A DNA stretch of 58,236 bases from Candidatus Micrarchaeota archaeon. GTDB lineage: Archaea > Micrarchaeota > Micrarchaeia > Micrarchaeales > CABMGC01. This document shows, one piece after another, positions 19,085 through 27,605 of this stretch. Position 1 is the stretch's first letter. Every line of letters begins with the position of its first letter. Made by a program: the position numbers and the translations under genes. The stretch is taken from the NCBI GenBank assembly GCA_021791725.1, contig JAJYVZ010000001.1, positions 1 through 58,236 of the forward strand. The letters are read 5' to 3'. A model generated the notes under the pieces. The model made no database searches and was not told the origin of the DNA. It saw nothing but the letters and a program-made list of their open reading frames with translations.

Positions 19085-19906
19085 ATGGCTGAAACTTTGA
19101 AGACGAGGAACGAGGAAGAGAAGGTCGAGCTCAAGCCAGGAATGCACCCGTCGTATCTGAACATACTCATACAGAAGAGGGAGATAAAAGAGAAGACCGT
19201 AGGCATAAAGCACAGGATAGGCGTATACAGCGCAAAGGGCGGCGTGGGCAAGACTACGGTTGCGGTGAACCTTGCCTATGCCCTGAAGGGCATGGGCCTG
19301 AAGGTAGGCCTTCTTGACGCCGACATAGACTGCCCCAACATTCCTTTCTTCCTGGGAATGAACAATGTGGTTCCTCAGGATTATCCAATAATCCCCGTCG
19401 AAAAGGACGGGCTCAAGATAGTATCCACTGGAATGTTCCTTGAGGATAAAGAGAAGCCGATAATCTGGCGCGGGCCGATGAAGTCAAAGATGCTTAGGGA
19501 GTTCTTCGAGAACACAAGCTGGGGGGAGCTTGACTATATAATCATAGACCTCCCTCCAGGCACCTCTGACACGCCCCTGTCCCTTATGCAATTGCTCTCG
19601 CTTGACGGGATAATATTAGTAACAACGCCGCAGACCATAGCCGCAAAGAACGCCATAAGATCCGGAATGATGGCCAAGAGGATGAACGTTTCTATACTTG
19701 GAATAGTAGAGACGATGTCCGGCGCGGGGCTAAAAGGGGCGAAGGATGCGGCCGAGAAGCTTAATACTGCTGTCTTGGGTTCAATAAGATACAGCGAGAA
19801 ATTCGACGCTTTGAGCGATTCTGGAAAGGTGCCTTTCATTGAGGATAAAGAGATAAGGGATGCATTCACAGACATAGCCAAGAAGATTGATTCACGCCTC
19901 AAGTAA
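19085..19906 (+). CDS. Mrp/NBP35 (ApbC) family P-loop ATPase lacking the C-terminal CxxC
   Basis: SAKGGVGKTT, LLDADID, PIIWRGP, WGELDYIIIDLPPGTSD, VTTPQ. Confidence 0.9.
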   Translation: MAETLKTRNEEEKVELKPGMHPSYLNILIQKREIKEKTVGIKHRIGVYSAKGGVGKTTVAVNLAYALKGMGLKVGLLDADIDCPNIPFFLGMNNVVPQDYPIIPVEKDGLKIVSTGMFLEDKEKPIIWRGPMKSKMLREFFENTSWGELDYIIIDLPPGTSDTPLSLMQLLSLDGIILVTTPQTIAAKNAIRSGMMAKRMNVSILGIVETMSGAGLKGAKDAAEKLNTAVLGSIRYSEKFDALSDSGKVPFIEDKEIRDAFTDIAKKIDSRLK

Positions 19907-19963
19907 GATTATTTTTTATATGTTTATCTCCTCTTATTATCCTTTATTCTTCTGGGGGCTACT

Positions 19964-21196
19964 ATGCAGGATCAAGAACCGTTCGCAAAACTGATGGAGG
20001 AATCAAACATATTCTTGGACAGGTCCGCACTTTCTCCCCATTTTACCCCGGACACGCTGCTGTACAGGGACAAACAGATAAACAGCATAGTCAAGGCGCT
20101 CACCCCGTCGCTCAAGGGCGACAAGGGAAGGAACCTGTTCCTGTACGGCGCTCCAGGCACAGGAAAGACATCGTGCATAAAGTACGTCATTGACAAGGTT
20201 AAGGTACTGCCCCTTGTCAAATCGAAGATATCCTACATGGGCTGCAAGATATACAACTCAAGGTACAAGGTATTGAACAAGATAATGAGCGACCACATGC
20301 CGACATACGCGAAGAGGGGATATGGCATAACAGACATCTACGAGAAGCTGATATCTTGGATAGATCAGGACTCCAAGATACTGATAGTCGTGCTTGACGA
20401 GATCGACATGGTCAAGGACCTGGACGATCTAATATATACGCTGACTAGGTCGAACAGCGACGTCAAGTCAGGCGGCATAACCACCGTTGGGATATCAAAC
20501 AACGTATCGTTCAAGGAGGTGCTGGATCCGAGAAGTCTCTCAACGCTCTATGAGACTGAGCTTGCATTTCCACCCTACAACTCTACTGAGCTCTCAGACA
20601 TAATACGGCAGAGGGCCAAGAAGGCGCTGAAGGAAGGCGCCATAGACATAGCAGCGATAAATTATGCGGCTGCAATAGCCGCAAAGGAGAACGGCGACGC
20701 GCGCCTTGCGTTAAAGATGCTTACAAAAGCCGGAGAGAATGCCGAGGATGGGGGAAAGTCAAAAATAGAGATATCCGACATAAAGGAAGCGGCGAAGAGC
20801 ATCGAGAGCGATATAGCATACGACCTGGTCGCCATGCTGCCTGAGCACCAGAAACTCCTGCTTTATGCCATCTCCCTGCTGTCCATACAAGGCGGCAAGT
20901 ACAAGAAGCTGTCCGAGGAGGTGAACGGCACTTTCCTGCTTAGCGGCGAGGTGTACGAGAAATACGCAAGCATAGCATCTTCTCTGAAGAAGGAATCAAA
21001 GAGCTCCAGGTGGTACAGGAAGTACGTGTCTGACCTTGAGATGCAGGGATTGATCGAGATGATGAACTCCGGAAAGGGCATACGCGGGCAGACAAAGCTG
21101 ATCCGGCTTAGGTATCCGGCGGAGAAGATAAAAGCAACTATAGAACAGAGCCTCTTCAACGATTCGGAGCAGCCTTCCGACCAGGGCCAAGGATAG
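19964..21196 (+). CDS. cdc6: Orc1/Cdc6 replication initiation protein
   Basis: IF.DRSALSP.F.PD.L.YRD.QI, GAPGTGKT, VLDEID, LDPR..S.L, FPPY, GDAR, C-terminal wHTH with G.RG.T. Confidence 0.95.
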   Translation: MQDQEPFAKLMEESNIFLDRSALSPHFTPDTLLYRDKQINSIVKALTPSLKGDKGRNLFLYGAPGTGKTSCIKYVIDKVKVLPLVKSKISYMGCKIYNSRYKVLNKIMSDHMPTYAKRGYGITDIYEKLISWIDQDSKILIVVLDEIDMVKDLDDLIYTLTRSNSDVKSGGITTVGISNNVSFKEVLDPRSLSTLYETELAFPPYNSTELSDIIRQRAKKALKEGAIDIAAINYAAAIAAKENGDARLALKMLTKAGENAEDGGKSKIEISDIKEAAKSIESDIAYDLVAMLPEHQKLLLYAISLLSIQGGKYKKLSEEVNGTFLLSGEVYEKYASIASSLKKESKSSRWYRKYVSDLEMQGLIEMMNSGKGIRGQTKLIRLRYPAEKIKATIEQSLFNDSEQPSDQGQG

Positions 21197-21201
21197 ATTC
21201 G

Positions 21202-21720
21202 ATGGAGTCCTTTGACATAATAAGAACAAAGCCCAGCGACAAGAAGGCGCTTGCCAGGCTCCTTGGTTTCAAGAAGATCCTTGTCGAAGGAGAGGATATG
21301 GAAATAACGGAAAGGCACGAAGACGTTCAAGGTGCCAGGGGCGCCATAAGAATAGCAAAAGGCAGCCAGTCCGCGCTTCCATCCCTGATCAAAGAGGGGA
21401 GCATAGCTGGCGCAATCCTAGACGGCCTGGAGATCGACAAGAAGCTTATGCTGGCAATGAAGGATGACAACAAGATACTCATACTCAACGCATCCTCTCT
21501 CACGACATCCGCAAAGCCCCAGAGAATACACGCCTTCTTCAAGATGCGCAACATAGTCTCTTACGCCATGAGGATAAAATGCAAGGTTGCGCTCGCATCG
21601 CTGGCGGAGAGCGAGGAAGAACTGGTATCATCGATGCAGCTGCTCGAGATCGCCAACATGCTCTGCAGGAACGAGGCATACGCGAGGAAGATGATCTCCG
21701 CGCTTGGTGAAATCATATGA
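21202..21720 (+). CDS. rnp3: RNase P protein subunit Rpp30-like
   Basis: Divergent TIM-barrel-like C-terminal half (LAS.AES.EEL.S); overlaps the pop5-like gene (ATGA). Confidence 0.6.
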   Translation: MESFDIIRTKPSDKKALARLLGFKKILVEGEDMEITERHEDVQGARGAIRIAKGSQSALPSLIKEGSIAGAILDGLEIDKKLMLAMKDDNKILILNASSLTTSAKPQRIHAFFKMRNIVSYAMRIKCKVALASLAESEEELVSSMQLLEIANMLCRNEAYARKMISALGEII

Positions 21721-22064
21721 TAACAAGGAGGAAGAGCAGATACGTGTTGATAAGGTCGTCTGAGCCGCTGGACATGAACTCCAAGGCAGATTTCGGGTCT
21801 TTCAGGAACTGTATGAAAGATTTCATGGGCGAGAGGGCATACGTATCCGCATCGATGCAGATGGCAAGGCAGACTGCGGCAAACACATTCATAATAAGGG
21901 TGAACAGGGGAACGGAGAGGGACGCGATGCTTGCCACGGCATTCATCAAAGAGCTTAACGGCAGGAAGCTGGGGCTGCTTACCCTGAGAATGTCCGGTTC
22001 GATCAACGCCCTGATGACATTCCAAAACCAGCGTGATGCAAACGGGGCATTGACGAAGCCATGA
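21717..22064 (+). CDS. rnp2: RNase P protein subunit Pop5/Rpp14
   Basis: RRKSRYVLI, FIIRVNR, TLRMSGSI. Confidence 0.8.
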   Translation: MITRRKSRYVLIRSSEPLDMNSKADFGSFRNCMKDFMGERAYVSASMQMARQTAANTFIIRVNRGTERDAMLATAFIKELNGRKLGLLTLRMSGSINALMTFQNQRDANGALTKP

Positions 22065-22104
22065 GTAAAATATATATACAAAGAAACCGTATAAAATTGA
22101 TCAT

Positions 22105-22575
22105 ATGGCAAGGACGCACAACAAGGTAGGAACGTCTGGCGCACACTTAGACGACTGGACCGTGAGAAACAAGATCATAGGCAATGAGAAGCCTTCAAAA
22201 AAATACATACTAAGGTTTATGGCAAAATGCAGCCCAGACAAGCTAGAGACCCTGCTCTGGAGCAGGGAACTGCCAAAAGAGGCATTCGACGAAGCGCTAA
22301 AACACAAGGACTGGAGGGTGCGCGCAGCGGCTGCAAGGAGCACGGGAGCCACAGAAGAGCAGAAGCTAAGGGCGCTTGATGATCCCGATCCTAAGGTCAG
22401 GAAGGCGGCTTTGGAGAACGGCAGTATGTGCGAGGACGTGCTGAAGAAGGCAATGCGCGATCCTAATTTCGATGTTAAGATGGCTGCATCAGAAATTACC
22501 ATAGACGCAGACGAATATTTCGAACTTCTCTCCAACAGCGAAATCTGTACAGGCAGAAGAAAAAAGGACTTCTAG
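22105..22575 (+). CDS. HEAT-repeat protein
   Basis: ALKHKDWRVRAAAA / ALDDPDPKVRKAA / AMRDPNFDVKMAA. Confidence 0.85.
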   Translation: MARTHNKVGTSGAHLDDWTVRNKIIGNEKPSKKYILRFMAKCSPDKLETLLWSRELPKEAFDEALKHKDWRVRAAAARSTGATEEQKLRALDDPDPKVRKAALENGSMCEDVLKKAMRDPNFDVKMAASEITIDADEYFELLSNSEICTGRRKKDF

Positions 22576-22652
22576 ACTGACCATTTATAAAGTTTCCGCC
22601 AGCACGGGGCAATCCTTTTATACGGACAAAAGCATAGTTACAATGTGATGAA

Positions 22653-23303
22653 ATGAACGTGCAGAAGCAAACCGCGCAATTCAGGGAGGTAAAAAGCACA
22701 GGGACATTCGTACGCGAATTCCATGCAAGCAAGGCCACTGGGGTATTCATATACCAGAATGAAAAAATTAGATTCCTAGCAAACCGCGCCGAATCCATGT
22801 CGCTTCTGAAGCAGAACGGACTCAGGGCATTGACCCACCAGGAGGCGCTCATACTCATTGACCAGAATCCAGAACTTGATAGGCAACTGTATACAGAGCG
22901 TTTCTGGCTTGCTGACGAAGGCTCTGAATTGTCAGGATACTACACATTCAACGAGAAGGGAAAACTCACAGAAGGAAAAGGAGACCCAAAGATTACCGTT
23001 TATGTTCTTAAAGGTTCACAGCCGATGATGATGCAAGTGATGGGGGGTGCTAATGAACATTACTTCATCGATACCCATAACGACCCGTCGTGGGATGCGT
23101 CGGTGGTGGTTGGGGTTAAAGACGACTTCGCCATCGCGCCTAAAACCGAGGAGAAAGCTAACATAATCGGAATCACGGCTGAGCAGCTATTTGAACTTCG
23201 AAGAGATTCAATCCAAGAATTGTCGGAAGCCCAAAATATCCTTGGTTCTAATAGCCTTCAAAAGACGATAAGACTGATCGAAGCGTTGAGAGCAAGGGAA
23301 TGA
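22653..23303 (+). CDS. Hypothetical protein
   Basis: 216-aa ORF with upstream TATA-like element; no family recognised. Confidence 0.7.
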   Translation: MNVQKQTAQFREVKSTGTFVREFHASKATGVFIYQNEKIRFLANRAESMSLLKQNGLRALTHQEALILIDQNPELDRQLYTERFWLADEGSELSGYYTFNEKGKLTEGKGDPKITVYVLKGSQPMMMQVMGGANEHYFIDTHNDPSWDASVVVGVKDDFAIAPKTEEKANIIGITAEQLFELRRDSIQELSEAQNILGSNSLQKTIRLIEALRARE

Positions 23304-23384
23304 AACGCATCGTCCTTTCTGCCTAGGTTGCGGATTGCTGGCCATTGCCACCAAGACGATGGACATTCGACTCTAAAGAGAATT

Positions 23385-23506
23385 CGCCAAGGATGGGATT
23401 TGAACCCATAATCCCCGAAGGGACCGGTTTGCTTGTCGCATCATCTATAAATCAGCTCTTGAAATAAACTCAAGACCGGCGCAATACCAGATTATGCAAC
23501 CTTGGC
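23385..23506 (-). tRNA. tRNA-Ser(UGA) with a 39-nt intron at 37/38 (23430-23468)
   Basis: Acceptor GCCAAGG/CCTTGGC plus discriminator G, long variable arm, GGTTCAAATCC T-arm, anticodon TGA (23472-23470), BHB core CUUG/CAAG with two 3-nt bulges. Confidence 0.95.
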
Positions 23507-23544
23507 AGTTACAAGTAGTAAGAAGCCGCAATAAAATAAAAACA

Positions 23545-25068
23545 TTACTTCGCCGTGGCATTCGCGGACGCATACGAGAGATTGTCTCCACTCACGCCTA
23601 TATCGTATGTCTGGTTCTGTATCAACACCACGGCCACCTGACCCATGCCTCTTCCTATACGTATGCCTTCTGTGCCAACGAAGTCAAACATTGCAGATTC
23701 TCCCGGGGTGAGCGCATATCCGCTGTTCTCCAGATCCGAGGCCTCGGTAAACGGGAGGGAAAGCATGCCGGTATTCGATACGAAGAAATTCAGCGATCCG
23801 TGGAAATCGTGCTGGAATGCCTCGCTTTCGCCGACAATCTGCCTAAATTCCGCGCCAGAGTCGTTTGACATGTGCGTATCCTCGGCTATAGTTGCATTTA
23901 GCCTGCCGTTAAGTATGCTTTCGAGCATGCGCATGCGCTGGCCTGGGCTTAGGCCGCTCTGCCCGATAACCGCAGCTGCCTTGCCTGAAGATGACGCTAT
24001 CGATCCCAGACTGATGTTGAAAAGCGTAAGGTTAAACCTGCCTCCCATATGTTCGGCTATCTGCCCTCCTAGGGAACCTCCTGCTCCCAGACCCGTGCCC
24101 AACTCATTGCCCACAGCAACGCCTATTTGCGTGACATTGCTAGCTATGGCGTTCGAATTTATGCTGTTTATGAGGTAATTTTCCCCCTCAGTTATTCCTC
24201 CAAGCTCGCTTCCGAGTACGCCTGGCGGAACCGCCACTGAATCTATTCCTCTGCCTGCATTCGGAAGCCTGCGCAATCCTGCAATCTCCCTCATATTCCC
24301 AATAACCATCACGTGCCTTAATGTAACTGATCTGTTGCCAGTGTCGGTGACGGTCAAGGATATGCTGGTTACGTTGCCATTAACAGAGAGCTGCGCATTT
24401 GATATAGAGATATTCGCGATTCCCTCTTGCAATCTATCCCTGATATGCGCAACCATTGACATTCTGCCCCCAATCATAGTTGAGATGCCGGCATCTGAAA
24501 GATTGCCTATTGCCACGGCCCTTGCAGACGGAATCATTAGAAAAGCCGTCTGGTTTGGCCCATAAACTTGTATGACAGTTGGCATCAAATCTATAAGTAC
24601 GCCACTGCTATTCCGTGCAACCTCGTCTAGTTTTATCATGATACTATTGCCGGGAACGCCGACGTTATATGTAGAATTGCCCATAGTTATCCTTGCCGAA
24701 GTTATATTGAATCTTACCAGGTCGAAACCTGTGCTGGTATTTATGGCGGATGCAGCTATAGTATCAGTAACGTTGGTCAGGTTCATCAGGTTCACGCTTC
24801 CGCTGGCATTGAGATTAACAAACCCCCCGTTCCCCGAACTTCCTGCCCGGTGAACCTGCACTCCAGAGTAGTAGATTACCAGCGCCGTAGTGCCTGGAGG
24901 GACCTGTGGCGGATCCGTCAATGCAACTGCAAAGTTTGGGGCGGCAGGCCCTGCTGGCTGCTGCACGGCATCTCCCCCCGAATTCAAGATAGCATACGAC
25001 GCTACGAGTATAATCACAAGCGCTGCTAATGCACCTGCAATTATCCTAGTATTGGTTTTATCTGCCAT
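23545..25068 (-). CDS. Membrane-anchored or secreted protein with a DUF4382-like domain
   Basis: N-terminal TM helix, ALTDPP motif, many N-x-S/T sequons. Confidence 0.75.
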   Translation of the reverse strand: MADKTNTRIIAGALAALVIILVASYAILNSGGDAVQQPAGPAAPNFAVALTDPPQVPPGTTALVIYYSGVQVHRAGSSGNGGFVNLNASGSVNLMNLTNVTDTIAASAINTSTGFDLVRFNITSARITMGNSTYNVGVPGNSIMIKLDEVARNSSGVLIDLMPTVIQVYGPNQTAFLMIPSARAVAIGNLSDAGISTMIGGRMSMVAHIRDRLQEGIANISISNAQLSVNGNVTSISLTVTDTGNRSVTLRHVMVIGNMREIAGLRRLPNAGRGIDSVAVPPGVLGSELGGITEGENYLINSINSNAIASNVTQIGVAVGNELGTGLGAGGSLGGQIAEHMGGRFNLTLFNISLGSIASSSGKAAAVIGQSGLSPGQRMRMLESILNGRLNATIAEDTHMSNDSGAEFRQIVGESEAFQHDFHGSLNFFVSNTGMLSLPFTEASDLENSGYALTPGESAMFDFVGTEGIRIGRGMGQVAVVLIQNQTYDIGVSGDNLSYASANATAK

Positions 25069-25175
25069 ACCTCGTTTAACCAGGACAACCCCTATAAATG
25101 CTCTGTCCCAAGGGTCCTAAGGGCCTGCAAAGGCCAATTGCACAGCTTTTTATTATTTTATCACTAAATCCCAGT

Positions 25176-25940
25176 ATGCCAGGAACAATGGGGAAGTCCT
25201 CGTCGTATTTGATATACGTAATATTGATTGTAGCAGTCATAGCTTATGGGGTGGCAGGAAGCATGATCATAAGCAAATTCAACGGGTTCAACATAAACAT
25301 TGGCAATCCTGTTACCGCACTTTACTTTACAATAAGCACAATATCCACCGTAGGATACGGCGACATAGTGCCTGTTACCGAAGTAGCAAGGATATTCGAC
25401 ATAATTCTTATACTCTCTGGCATTGCAGTATTCATAAGCGCACTGACGTTCCTGTCCGGGGAGTTCGTCAACGAGAGGGTAATAAATATGTCAGGAAGAA
25501 TCTCATCGCTGGAGAAGAGGAGGCTAAAAGACCACATAATACTCGTAGGCACTAACTCGATGAACATGTATCTTGCAGACATGTTCAGGTTGAAGAACCA
25601 GCGTTTCATCATAATAACAGCTGACAAGATAATGTATGACAGGTTGACAGACAACGGCTACAAGGTGTATGTTGCTGACGCGACAAGCGAGATGGACATG
25701 GCTGGATTCTCACTGGACAAGGCAAGGAGCATAGTCATAGACATGAGGGACAACTCCATGGCGGTATATGCCGCACTTGTCGCAAAGAAACTGTCAAAAG
25801 GCGCAAGGATAATAGTCGTGGCCCAGACCAGCGAGGTGGAGAAGCACCTGAGGGACATAGGCGTAGCGGAGTTCGAGGATATAATAAATCCCACCAGCAT
25901 AGTGGCTGACAGCATAAGCAAGAAGCTATTTAAGATCTGA
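25176..25940 (+). CDS. 2-TM potassium channel with RCK/TrkA-N domain (MthK-like)
   Basis: Selectivity filter TISTVGYGD, followed by HIILVG Rossmann-like domain; start uncertain (25176 or 25188). Confidence 0.92.
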   Translation: MPGTMGKSSSYLIYVILIVAVIAYGVAGSMIISKFNGFNINIGNPVTALYFTISTISTVGYGDIVPVTEVARIFDIILILSGIAVFISALTFLSGEFVNERVINMSGRISSLEKRRLKDHIILVGTNSMNMYLADMFRLKNQRFIIITADKIMYDRLTDNGYKVYVADATSEMDMAGFSLDKARSIVIDMRDNSMAVYAALVAKKLSKGARIIVVAQTSEVEKHLRDIGVAEFEDIINPTSIVADSISKKLFKI

Positions 25941-25963
25941 GATCATACCCCCTCCATTCTGAA

Positions 25964-26698
25964 TCAACCGATGTATTGGTCGAAGACGGCTTTGTACGTG
26001 TCTATGGTACCTATGTCGAACCATCTTCCCTCGTACACCACACCCTGCACTTCCTTCCTCTCAGCCAGCCATTTTATGAAGTAGCCTGGCGAATCCCTGT
26101 GGTTCTTGTCGTCGAGATAAGACTTTATGCTTCCCAGGTCTTTCCTGGGCAGCGCGTATATGCCTGTGCTTATAAGCGTTGATTCCGGATTTTCAGGTTT
26201 CTCCGCGAACTCGGTTATCCTGCCGTTCTCCACCCTGACAACGCCGAAGCGCCTTGCTTCATCCTTCGACTTTATGTCGTATAATCCTATCGTCGGTTTT
26301 CCAGATTCCCTGAAACTGCCATGGAGCTTTTTCATGTCGAAATCGTAGAGGTTGTCGCCGGCTATTATCATTAGGTCATCATCTATGCCTGCATTCTCGA
26401 TAACGTACTCTATTCCCCCTACGGCGCCGAGCTTCTCGCCGTCGTTTGTCGTAGGCTCCACAACGAGCCTAAGCTCCATACTGTTCTTGTACCCGGATCT
26501 TTCTACCCACAAGGCGAACTGATCGGCGAACTTCTTGTTTGCGGATATTGTTATTCTCTTTAGTCCGAGGCCGTTTATGCTTTCCATTATGTAGTCTAGT
26601 ATCGGCCTCCCGTTTACGGGCAGCAGCGGCTTTGGCACGAAATACGTTATCGGCTCAAGCCTTGTCGCAAATCCGCCGCAGAGTATTATCGCCTCCAT
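25964..26698 (-). CDS. Sugar-phosphate nucleotidyltransferase (NTP_transferase family)
   Basis: AIILCGGFATRL.P.T...PKPLLPV, GDNL, EKP, WFDIGT. Confidence 0.92.
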   Translation of the reverse strand: MEAIILCGGFATRLEPITYFVPKPLLPVNGRPILDYIMESINGLGLKRITISANKKFADQFALWVERSGYKNSMELRLVVEPTTNDGEKLGAVGGIEYVIENAGIDDDLMIIAGDNLYDFDMKKLHGSFRESGKPTIGLYDIKSKDEARRFGVVRVENGRITEFAEKPENPESTLISTGIYALPRKDLGSIKSYLDDKNHRDSPGYFIKWLAERKEVQGVVYEGRWFDIGTIDTYKAVFDQYIG

Positions 26699-26764
26699 AA
26701 TCTCATTATTATTAATTTTTGATTTTATATATAAATAAGAAGATTAAAGATAATTCCTGTTTGC

Positions 26765-27103
26765 ATGAGAAGAGAATTGCTGGAGAAGAGGATCGCCCTC
26801 GAGAGGATAACGAAGCTGATTGAGCTGGCACTTGAAAGGTCAAAAGACAATACCGGAGCTTCCGAACTGCTGGGCAAAAGGTACGTTGCCCTTGCGAAGA
26901 AAATGAGCAGTCACTATAAAGTGAGCATACCAGAGCGTTTGGACGACCTGCTGTGCAAGAAGTGCGGCAACGCAATGGTTCCTGGGATAAACTGCACGGT
27001 GAGGGTATCTAGATCCGTGATGATTTATAGATGCAGATGCGGCAGGGAAAACAGGATGTTTCCAAAACGTGCTATTTCAGACCCAGCTTCTCGAGAAGCC
27101 TGA
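26765..27103 (+). CDS. rnp4: RNase P protein subunit Rpp21/Rpr2
   Basis: IALERI..L, RYV.LA, CKKC...PG, CRCG zinc ribbon. Confidence 0.9.
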   Translation: MRRELLEKRIALERITKLIELALERSKDNTGASELLGKRYVALAKKMSSHYKVSIPERLDDLLCKKCGNAMVPGINCTVRVSRSVMIYRCRCGRENRMFPKRAISDPASREA

Positions 27104-27593
27104 TTGCCGCTTCCATGCTGTCGGAAGAGCCCCTAGCGGTTATTATTCCGTTGCTGCTCTCCACGCTGTTCCTTGTTATGACTCCGCTGTAAAGCCTTAT
27201 CATGTTCTCCACCTCTTTGTCAGCAGGCATGGCCATCTTGGCATCGCGTATTATGTTCGTCCGGGCTATTATCTTTACGGCGTTCCCTATTCCCAAGACC
27301 GGTTTCTTTTGGGAGAAGAAATCCCGTACGATGTCGAGCAGTGGCCTGTACTCGAACAGCCTGTGCTTGTCTACTCCTGGCCCATCTACGAGTATTATTG
27401 CGTCATAGTCCGCTGAACGTATACTCGACGCATTTATGTCCGGTTTGCAAACCGCTCCGTGATATCCCACGCATTCTGATGAGGAATAGCTGGATATGTC
27501 ATAATCCACTCCCCATTTCTTGAGCATGGAACGTATCGAAGCAAGGGTCTCGTCCTTGAATTCTTGTTTCGCTATAAATACTACGGCTTTCAT
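27072..27593 (-). CDS. DJ-1/PfpI family protein lacking the catalytic Cys
   Basis: DYDAIILVDGPG, KPVLGIGNA (canonical AICHG), IITARG. Confidence 0.85.
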   Translation of the reverse strand: MKAVVFIAKQEFKDETLASIRSMLKKWGVDYDISSYSSSECVGYHGAVCKPDINASSIRSADYDAIILVDGPGVDKHRLFEYRPLLDIVRDFFSQKKPVLGIGNAVKIIARTNIIRDAKMAMPADKEVENMIRLYSGVITRNSVESSNGIITARGSSDSMEAAIRLLEKLGLK

Positions 27594-27605
27594 GCAAATC
27601 TCCGC

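Noticed and set aside
18967..19963. Replication origin (ORB repeats) near cdc6
   Set aside because: The flanking intergenic gaps are short, and I found no repeated TCCA-x-GAAA/G-string ORB motifs
22105..23385. Integrated element at the tRNA-Ser 3' end
   Set aside because: No duplicated tRNA fragment (att site) or integrase seen
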